From: Oligoflexia bacterium
GTDB lineage: Bacteria > Bdellovibrionota > Bdellovibrionia > JABDDW01
DNA: 64,000 bases
Direction of reading: 5' to 3'
Assembly: GCA_043732305.1 (NCBI GenBank)
Contig: JAYTHU010000102.1
Span: forward strand, 59,750 to 123,749
Shown: positions 56,951 to 64,000 of the stretch, piece by piece
Numbering within the stretch: position 1 is the stretch's first letter
How the letters are laid out: each line of letters starts with the position of its first letter
Program-made: the position numbers and the translations under genes
Notes under the pieces: model-generated
The model's database searches: none
What the model was told of the DNA's origin: nothing
What the model saw: the letters and a program-made list of their open reading frames with translations, nothing else

Positions 56951-57837
56951 TTAGAAAAAATCTCACGCCACCGACTGAGCCATGAGTCTAAGTTCTTCTC
57001 GACGTAGTCCCCGGCCAAGGGGGTTAAAACTCGAGCTACTCCTAGCTTTTGAAATGCAGGAGAGAGTGGAGCTTCGGCATTTTGTGGATACATGAAGTTT
57101 TTCTTGGGTATCAATCCTTGGGCGTCTTTGCTCAATAGAAAATCTAAAAAAACTTGGGCAAGTGGGTTTTTAGATTGAGGATTGATCGCGGCATATTCCG
57201 TTTGCACGTAATGACCTTTTTGAAAACTAGCAGCCTTGATATCAGGATTTTTTTCTTCTTGAAGATGATAGGCAGGGCTTGTCCAAAAACTTAAAACAAG
57301 CTGCACTTGATTTTTTTTAAATAACCCGTATGCCAGATCCCAACTAGGAGCGACAATTTTAATATTTTTTCTGAGCTTGAATAGGTAATCCCAAGCACCC
57401 TCCTCACCTTTTTCTCGGATCACCCAGAATAAAAAGGCTTCACCCACTGTTGAAAGACGTGGGTCCTCGATTGCAATTTGGTTTTTGAAACGAGGATCGA
57501 GGAGATCATCCAAAGAGGCAGGTGGCTTTAATAATTTTTTGGAATTATAAACAAAGGCCAAAGGGGCATGATCAAAAGGTCTGGTCACAGCATGTTCCCA
57601 CTCAGGGAGTTTTTCGAGTTTGCCTAGGTTTGCGGCGTCCAAACCAACGATCAAATCAGCTTTCGATGCAGAACCGTCGAGCTTGACGCGGCTTAAAATC
57701 GAACCTGCATCGCCGACATCAATCAATATGACTTTACATTCACATTTAGCCTCAAATTTTTTGACAATTTCTGGCCCTACACTCCACGGCGAAACAAAAG
57801 AAGTGTAGGCATAAATCACAAGGGTAGCTAAAGTCAT
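56947..57837 (-). CDS. thiB: Thiamine-binding protein ThiB/TbpA-like (no signal peptide)
   Basis: YAYTSF.SPW..GP...KFEAKCEC, ADLIVGLD, DPRLST.G, W..AY.LF, SPAYH, NFMYP. Confidence 0.82.
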   Translation of the reverse strand: MTLATLVIYAYTSFVSPWSVGPEIVKKFEAKCECKVILIDVGDAGSILSRVKLDGSASKADLIVGLDAANLGKLEKLPEWEHAVTRPFDHAPLAFVYNSKKLLKPPASLDDLLDPRFKNQIAIEDPRLSTVGEAFLFWVIREKGEEGAWDYLFKLRKNIKIVAPSWDLAYGLFKKNQVQLVLSFWTSPAYHLQEEKNPDIKAASFQKGHYVQTEYAAINPQSKNPLAQVFLDFLLSKDAQGLIPKKNFMYPQNAEAPLSPAFQKLGVARVLTPLAGDYVEKNLDSWLSRWREIFSK

Positions 57838-59141
57838 GTCCGAGAAACTTTCTTGTTTGCCCTAATGAGATTGATTCTTCGACCTTTCAACCCTTGCACA
57901 GAAAATTGAAAATTTTCAAACTGAGTGTTGTCCCCTACTCGAGGCAAACGGCCAAGCTGCGAAAGCACCGCGCCGGCAATAGTGGTGTTATCCACTTTCG
58001 GAATGACAATTCCCAACTTTTCTTCAACTTCCTCAATTAACGTCGCACCATCGATGACATAACTTCCATCTCTCAACAGCTGAATATTGGATTTTTCTTG
58101 GTCATACTCGTCCTGAATTTCTCCAACCAACTCTTCAAGAACATCTTCTAAGGTCACAAGACCTGAAGTCAGACCAAACTCATCAATGATAATGGCCATG
58201 TGAATTTTATTGCGTTGGAAATCTTTGAGCAGCTTTGTGAGCGGACGGTTCTCAGGCACGAACAAAATCTCTCGTCTTATTTTTTGGAAATCAAGATGTT
58301 CCCGGCTTTCTTCACTCTGCCACAGGACGTCTTTAAAATTCACCAAGCCCACCACTTGATCGATCGACCCTTCACAAAGGGGATAACGAGTGTGGTTGTT
58401 TGCTTTCGCTTTTACCATATTGCCTTCAAGAGCCGAATGCAGATCAAGACTTACAATATCGCCTCTAGAAATCATGACGTGCTTAGCGGTGCGTTTGGAA
58501 AAATCAAAAACATTGTCGATCAAATCAAGTTTAGTGTCAGTGAGAGATCCCCGTTGGACACTTTCTGTAAGCACCAAGCGCAATTCATCTTCACTAAATC
58601 TTTCGCTCTGACGTGTGTTCGTGTCCCGTACGCCGAGCAAATATAGAATGCCTTTGGCGCTTCTATCGAAAACCCAAAGAAGTGGGCGCAAGGTATTACG
58701 GAAAAAATAAAATGCCGGAGCTAGTCGCATGATGTAAACGTCAGCTCGTCTAATAGACAACGCTCTGGGAACGAGTTCTCCAATTACGATTTGGAAATAA
58801 GAAATAATAATGAATGCAAGTACGGTGGCGACGGAGTGGAGAACGAGAGAACCATATCCGGAAAATTCAGGAAAACTTTCTAGAAGTGAGTGAGCAATTG
58901 CGGGCTCACCTATACTTCCGAGACCCAAACTCATCAGAGTGATTCCAAATTGCGAAGCAGCAAGGTAGCCGTCCACATCCTCAAGCATTTTCATGACCAG
59001 GGATGCGCGGCGATTCCCCTTGTGTACAAGTTCTTGCATTCGGGACACGCGTATTTTTATGAGCGCATACTCTGCCGCTACAAAAAAGGCGTTGATAGTG
59101 ATACAGGCAATGGCAAAAATAATTTCAGTTGTTACGCTCAT
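57834..59141 (-). CDS. HlyC/CorC (CNNM-CBS-CorC) family protein
   Basis: NAFFVAAEY, Q.GIT, IGELVP, tandem CBS domains, DEFG..SGLVTLEDVLEELVGEIQDE. Confidence 0.93.
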   Translation of the reverse strand: MSVTTEIIFAIACITINAFFVAAEYALIKIRVSRMQELVHKGNRRASLVMKMLEDVDGYLAASQFGITLMSLGLGSIGEPAIAHSLLESFPEFSGYGSLVLHSVATVLAFIIISYFQIVIGELVPRALSIRRADVYIMRLAPAFYFFRNTLRPLLWVFDRSAKGILYLLGVRDTNTRQSERFSEDELRLVLTESVQRGSLTDTKLDLIDNVFDFSKRTAKHVMISRGDIVSLDLHSALEGNMVKAKANNHTRYPLCEGSIDQVVGLVNFKDVLWQSEESREHLDFQKIRREILFVPENRPLTKLLKDFQRNKIHMAIIIDEFGLTSGLVTLEDVLEELVGEIQDEYDQEKSNIQLLRDGSYVIDGATLIEEVEEKLGIVIPKVDNTTIAGAVLSQLGRLPRVGDNTQFENFQFSVQGLKGRRINLIRANKKVSRT

Positions 59142-59270
59142 AAATATGCTCTGATTCTAGAGGGACTGTCATGTTTTGGTCAATGAGGAAACGAGAATAA
59201 TACAGTGCGTCCAACTCAGAATTTTCGGCAAAGTACTTGTCCGGTTTTTTAGGGATTGGTACTATCAGCC

Positions 59271-60221
59271 ATGACGACAATCAGAAAAATCTCGCGCCCT
59301 TGGCTTGTGATCGGACCGCTATTTATAATTATTGGAGCCGCGCTCTGGGGCACCGAATCTTATTTTCGGATTTTTCTCAACACTAAGTTTGATGAAGAAG
59401 TTTTGGTTTTTCATGAGCATCTGTTTTGCCTGGTCTTCGCCCTTCCCATTGGTCTTATTGGAATTAATAAAATAAAAAATGTTTCACGTAAGGCTTGGAT
59501 ATATTTAATTTTCAGCGGCGTTTTAGGCAGCGCAATTGGCACAACATTTTTCACCATGAGTTTAAATGTTCTCAATCCCTCTGTTGCAAATGTGTTGCTC
59601 AATTTTCAACCGCTAATCACGGTGACTTTTGCGTCTGTGTTGCTGAATGAAAGACTCGGAGCTAAATTTTTTCTTTGGTCAGCGGTGGCTTTAGCAGCTG
59701 GACTTGCAATTGCTTCCGATGGTTTTAAAATTCCAAGTATAAATTTTAATCTGGGCATCATATATGTTTCCATCGCAGCTCTCGCATGGGGCTGCAGTAC
59801 CGCCGCGGGACGCGGAGCCATGCTTGAGATACCATTGAGACAAGCAACGGCCGGGAGATTTTTAATCGGCGCACTCGCGCTCATGATCAGCTTGCTTTTC
59901 AAAGGGAAATTCACTCCCGAAATTATGAAATGGCACCAGTTAGCTGAAGTCGTAGTTATAAAGAATTATCTTTGGCTGAGTGTTGTTGGCGGCGTCATCC
60001 CTTTGTTTTTCTTTTTTAAAGGACTCGCAAAAACTCCAGCATCCGTTGCCGGATTTTGTGAACTCACTCAAACTTTCTCAGCATTGCTTCTCACCTGGGG
60101 AATCATGGGCAATCGACTAACAATGCTTCAAGCGATATCCGGAATTATATTATTAGGAGCTGTATTTATGATTAATTTCAATGCTGGAAAAGCGAACCAG
60201 AGTTTACCAAGTTCCTTGTGA
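59271..60221 (+). CDS. EamA/DMT family transporter
   Basis: About 10 TM helices in two repeats; AALWG, QP, LLNERL. Confidence 0.88.
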   Translation: MTTIRKISRPWLVIGPLFIIIGAALWGTESYFRIFLNTKFDEEVLVFHEHLFCLVFALPIGLIGINKIKNVSRKAWIYLIFSGVLGSAIGTTFFTMSLNVLNPSVANVLLNFQPLITVTFASVLLNERLGAKFFLWSAVALAAGLAIASDGFKIPSINFNLGIIYVSIAALAWGCSTAAGRGAMLEIPLRQATAGRFLIGALALMISLLFKGKFTPEIMKWHQLAEVVVIKNYLWLSVVGGVIPLFFFFKGLAKTPASVAGFCELTQTFSALLLTWGIMGNRLTMLQAISGIILLGAVFMINFNAGKANQSLPSSL

Positions 60222-60289
60222 GATATTATTTTTATCATCAGTCTTAATCAGATTTTCCGAGGGGAAAATAGCATTGGAATATTGAGGCG

Positions 60290-60979
60290 TTAATTCAGTG
60301 GTGTTTTCTTTTTTCCATCACTGCCGGGAAAGTTTAGAATTTCGGCGGATGGTGCGGTCTGGGCGGGATTAGGGCCGGTAATATCTTTGAGAGCTTTCCA
60401 AACCATTTGCGCCCGGGACTCTAGATTGTTGTCTTCTAAGATCAATTGTTTTTGCTCGAGATCAGTCACAAAATAATTCGCCACAAAATGAGTTAACAGT
60501 TCAAGATCCACCACATTTTTGAAAAAGTGAATGGGACGTTCTGCATCTTCCATCGAAGTAAAAAACCAGCTGATCAATGTTTGTCGAATATCTTGCACTA
60601 AATCTGCACGTGTGGATTCCGGCATATCCGTTTCAGTTTCTAAATATTCACCTTCGCCGATTAAGAAAGGTACTTCTTGGATAAATCGTGTGAATTTGAT
60701 TCGCTGGGTTCCTAATACTAAGACATCTGACTCGCCAGTCTCAAACTTCTTAACCAGTTGGACAGGTCCAGCTCCGCAAATGCGAGACGGAAAAAATTGT
60801 CCTGATTTGAATTCCGGAGCATAGCTCACAGCCATGATAGTTTTATTTTCTTCGACGTATTCTAACAACTGCTTGTAACGATCCTCAAAAACATGGAGCG
60901 GAAGATAAATTCCAGGGAACAAATGCGACTGGGGCAATGCAAAAATAGGAATTTTTATCAGATCTTTTTTCTTACTCAC
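60290..60979 (-). CDS. Stand-alone LON peptidase substrate-binding (N-terminal) domain protein
   Basis: IPIFALP..LFPG.YLPLHVFEDRY, EQKQ.ILE; GTG start at 60979. Confidence 0.85.
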   Translation of the reverse strand: MSKKKDLIKIPIFALPQSHLFPGIYLPLHVFEDRYKQLLEYVEENKTIMAVSYAPEFKSGQFFPSRICGAGPVQLVKKFETGESDVLVLGTQRIKFTRFIQEVPFLIGEGEYLETETDMPESTRADLVQDIRQTLISWFFTSMEDAERPIHFFKNVVDLELLTHFVANYFVTDLEQKQLILEDNNLESRAQMVWKALKDITGPNPAQTAPSAEILNFPGSDGKKKTPLN

Positions 60980-60980
60980 A

Positions 60981-61463
60981 CTACCACCAAATTCCTCTGA
61001 CTTTTTTATAGAAATAATAATCAAAGCCAATGGCTCTTCCGGCTGCGGCGGCAAAGAAAATTAAATGGACACCAATGAGCAATTGATTGAGGAGTTGACT
61101 CTCAAAACCGGCGGACATCATAAAATTAAAATTCATGATGATCCCGGCAATGGCTGCGGGTCGCACCAAGAATCCAAAAATATAACTGAGACCAACGGCC
61201 AGTTCACCAAATGTCACAAGGTAACTAAAAATCTGCCAGTGCGGAAGAACCACCGTCTGCAGGAAATGTAGAAACGAGGGATTATCTATCCCTTGGCTCA
61301 TCCATTTATAAATTGTTTCTTGAAGAACGGGCTCAGTCAAAAAATGAAGCTGCAATTTTCCGATGCCCGCTTGCAGAAAAACGTAACCGATGAAGATACG
61401 GAAAAGAGAAAGGGGCCATTGATGACCGAGAAATTTAAAACTTTCAAAAAATGAGAGAAACAA
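60981..61463 (-). CDS. DoxX family membrane protein
   Basis: RIFIG..FL.AG.GK, GELAVGL..IFG.L.R.AA, G.D. Confidence 0.85.
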   Translation of the reverse strand: MFLSFFESFKFLGHQWPLSLFRIFIGYVFLQAGIGKLQLHFLTEPVLQETIYKWMSQGIDNPSFLHFLQTVVLPHWQIFSYLVTFGELAVGLSYIFGFLVRPAAIAGIIMNFNFMMSAGFESQLLNQLLIGVHLIFFAAAAGRAIGFDYYFYKKVRGIWW

Positions 61464-61539
61464 AGTACTCCTCCGAATCCGCGTTATACTATTGTCACAT
61501 GGCCACTGCTAAGTGTAATGTTGACAGAAACCATCAAGA

Positions 61540-62469
61540 ATGTCGACCATGGGAACAAAAATGTTAAAAACCCTTATCTTTCTCCTCCTGACATCAAATT
61601 TAAGCAGTGCGCAAACAGCCTCCGACCAATCACTGGCGGACGATTTACTCAAAGAAATCAAGCAAGCTTATGCTTCGTCCAAATGGTCAGATTCTCTTTA
61701 CCTTAAAAGCAACTACCGAGTTTATGAGAAGAGATCCGTCAAAGGACGCCCGCTGATTTACTTTGTTTGTGGAGAACAAAATAAAAACACCACGCTTCTG
61801 TTGTCCGGTGTCCATGGAGATGAAATCACCCCGGTTTATTACGGGCTTAGACTTGTCTCATGGGTCAAAGGCGAGCCTGACCTATGTCGAGATCACCGCA
61901 TCATCATTGCTCCAGTGGTAAATCCCGATGGCGTTTTAGCTGGTAGCAAAGGTTCTCGAATGAACGCTAATGGAGTAGATCTCAATAGAAATTTTCCGAC
62001 CGAAGATTTTAAAGCGCAAGCTGTGAGCACCTGGAAAACTAAATTTAAATCAGACCCTCGACGTAATCCTGGCGAAATTGGTGGCTCTGAGCCGGAAACT
62101 CAATTTCAAGAATGGCTCATTGAAACCTACAAGCCCGATAAAATTTTGAGTGTGCATTCTCCGCTCAATTTTTATGACTATGATGGTCCGGAAGATGCTA
62201 TCAGCAAGGCTTTTACCAAAGATTATTTAGAATCCTGCAAAAGATTAAAGCTTGCGGTGAAAAAACAAAGTGGCAGTTATAGCTTTTTAAAATTTGGATT
62301 TTTTGTCGGAAGTCTTGGAAACTTTGCTGGAAAAGAACGCGGGATTCCCACGTTAACATTGGAACTTCCAACCACCAACGGAGCCAAGGCTAAAAGTTAC
62401 TTTGAAATGTTGAGACAGGGCACGCGCGCCCTCATCATCAACAAGGTCGAAGAACAGAAAAAACAATAA
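61540..62469 (+). CDS. Secreted M14 murein peptide amidase (MpaA-like)
   Basis: GVHGDE, NPDG, R.NANGVDLNRNFP, SEPET, SVH, TLELP; signal peptide. Confidence 0.86.
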   Translation: MSTMGTKMLKTLIFLLLTSNLSSAQTASDQSLADDLLKEIKQAYASSKWSDSLYLKSNYRVYEKRSVKGRPLIYFVCGEQNKNTTLLLSGVHGDEITPVYYGLRLVSWVKGEPDLCRDHRIIIAPVVNPDGVLAGSKGSRMNANGVDLNRNFPTEDFKAQAVSTWKTKFKSDPRRNPGEIGGSEPETQFQEWLIETYKPDKILSVHSPLNFYDYDGPEDAISKAFTKDYLESCKRLKLAVKKQSGSYSFLKFGFFVGSLGNFAGKERGIPTLTLELPTTNGAKAKSYFEMLRQGTRALIINKVEEQKKQ

Positions 62470-62483
62470 ATCGATTAAGAACT

Positions 62484-63068
62484 TTAAACTTCTAAATCTT
62501 CTTCGTCGACTGGCAGGTGATATCTTAAATATTCTTCCGAATAAGAAAACTTCTCGGTGCTGACAAGTCGGTCAACATATAGTTTTCCAAAAAGGTGATC
62601 AGTCTCATGTTGAACTGCAATTGCAGGGAATCCTTCGAAAATCCGCTCAAACTTTTTTCCATCTCGATCGAGAGCTTCTAATTTGATTTTCTTCGGTCTG
62701 CGCACAGCCCCACGCATTCCGGGCACACTCAGGCAACCTTCCCAAATTTCCATAGTCTCTTCAGTCAAGGCGGTCAAAACGGGATTGATAAACACGGTTA
62801 CGGGAACACCATTCTCCGTATCTACAGGTGATTCTTCTGTTTCATCGGCATAACGTGGATTGTCTGCGGCGATTTCCATAACGGCAATCTGGAGACTTTC
62901 ATGAACTTGAGGTGCGGCTAAACCAACGCCGTCATACTCATGCATTGTTTCAATCATATCATCAATAAGTCTCTGCACATCAGGAGAGGCAATCTCTTTG
63001 GCCGTCAATTTTTTTCCGACTTCTCTCAATATGGGGTGACCCAGTCGAGCTACTTTCAAAATTGCCAT
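62484..63068 (-). CDS. def: Peptide deformylase
   Basis: GVGLAAPQ, EGCLS, QHETDHL. Confidence 0.97.
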   Translation of the reverse strand: MAILKVARLGHPILREVGKKLTAKEIASPDVQRLIDDMIETMHEYDGVGLAAPQVHESLQIAVMEIAADNPRYADETEESPVDTENGVPVTVFINPVLTALTEETMEIWEGCLSVPGMRGAVRRPKKIKLEALDRDGKKFERIFEGFPAIAVQHETDHLFGKLYVDRLVSTEKFSYSEEYLRYHLPVDEEDLEV

Positions 63069-63070
63069 TC

Positions 63071-63508
63071 TTAAACTCCTTCGGCGTTGAAATCATTGAT
63101 AAGATCGTCAATGAGCCAATTTCTATTTTTTTTCTTCAGGATGAACCACTGCCCGCCAGGCATTTTATCTCCAGCGTCAAACCGAACATAGAGAAGATCT
63201 TTGCGAGAAACAATTATTAAATTTTTAACCGTGGCAGTTTTACTCGTTTGTGATTTCTTCGAGTTTTTAGCAAATCTTTCTGTCCATACTTTCTTGCCGC
63301 CAGTCGCCAGAATAAAATGGTCAGTTGCTACCGCTTTCAAAACACTGATATTTTTCCCATCAAATGCGGCAACATAATTACTAATAAGAACCTGAACTTT
63401 TATTTTTTCCGGCAGACTATGAGTGACGTTGTTACCAATGGTCACAGAAGCCAAAACCGGAAAACCAATTAAAAAAATCGTGATTATTAAAACTGAGTGT
63501 TTTTTCAT
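63071..63508 (-). CDS. Secreted hypothetical protein (possibly NTF2-like)
   Basis: Signal peptide; C-terminal LKK...W.ID pattern. Confidence 0.65.
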   Translation of the reverse strand: MKKHSVLIITIFLIGFPVLASVTIGNNVTHSLPEKIKVQVLISNYVAAFDGKNISVLKAVATDHFILATGGKKVWTERFAKNSKKSQTSKTATVKNLIIVSRKDLLYVRFDAGDKMPGGQWFILKKKNRNWLIDDLINDFNAEGV

Positions 63509-64000
63509 TTCCGCGAAACATCCATACTCAAAAATTTCTGCTCAAGCATATGAGTCATATAAGTTGGACCGGCCGCAGGACACTCTGTCACGCATCCAGT
63601 GCCAGCTAATTTAATTTCATGATGAGTGTAAATCTCCTGAATCGGATATTCTTTTTTAAGTTTGGATAAAATTCCTTCGAGCAATATCAAGGCTTCAGGT
63701 GGCGGCAAAGGTTCATCCACAGTTGGATTTACTGCCGTTGCTTGTGACGCATGATAATTTCCCGCAATCACAACACCTATGGAATCTTGATTGAGTCCCG
63801 CTCCCGCTTGGGCCCCGACATACTGAATGGGCCGACCTTCAAAAAGTCTCCATTTGCCGGTGTGAGTTTGAGCGATAATATAATGATACCCAATGTCTGA
63901 AAATTCGCGATATTCAATATGCGATCTTTGAATCACATCTGGTCCCATCAGCGAGCTAAGTGCAGAGTGGTGAACAACCAATTTCACGGGCGGCAGTTTA
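63505..64000 (-). CDS. N-acetylmuramoyl-L-alanine amidase (Amidase_2/PGRP-like); 5' end outside the window
   Basis: VVHHSA, DIGYHY, FEGRP, SIGV..AGNY, H.E....T.CP; the frame is open to the window edge. Confidence 0.85.
   Translation of the reverse strand, partial: KLPPVKLVVHHSALSSLMGPDVIQRSHIEYREFSDIGYHYIIAQTHTGKWRLFEGRPIQYVGAQAGAGLNQDSIGVVIAGNYHASQATAVNPTVDEPLPPPEALILLEGILSKLKKEYPIQEIYTHHEIKLAGTGCVTECPAAGPTYMTHMLEQKFLSMDVSRK

Noticed and set aside
1..64000. CRISPR arrays, tRNA/rRNA genes, IS elements, integrases, prophage or defence islands
   Set aside because: None seen. Intergenic gaps are all under ~360 bp, and no regularly spaced repeats or mobile-element protein motifs were recognised.

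Overview
Gene-dense chromosomal region, most likely from a Bdellovibrionota (Bdellovibrio/Oligoflexia-like) bacterium. This is inferred from a TIGR02147/DUF4423-type protein, a mevalonate pathway cluster and many secreted orphan proteins behind sigma54-type promoters. It is mostly core/housekeeping DNA: a fragment of the dcw cluster (murC-murB//ddl-ftsQ), nucleotide salvage (tdk, upp-like, degenerate hpt), dacB-mltD-rnj-PPTase, fabI, lon, dsbD, rluB, smpB, pal-cpoB-tsaD-rsmA, a TonB/ExbBD plus receptor cassette, an SSB paralogue, a convergent 7-gene mevalonate/isoprenoid cluster with a squalene-synthase-like gene, ccsA-dinB, a thiBPQ-like ABC transporter, def and several peptidoglycan hydrolases. 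I saw no CRISPR array, tRNA/rRNA, transposase, integrase or prophage. The most interesting signals are: a ~105-nt three-way-junction structured element right after the non-canonical ssb; an orphan class II aldolase with a BMC-encapsulation-peptide-like tail and an altered Zn ligand; a TIGR02147 gene divergent from a sigma54-driven secreted HExxH protein with phased direct repeats between them; an LspA fused to a 2TM-HAMP-like domain behind a diguanylate cyclase; a DEDDh exonuclease-WYL fusion; and a ThiB-like binding protein with no signal peptide. All calls come from motif recognition by eye, with no database searches.
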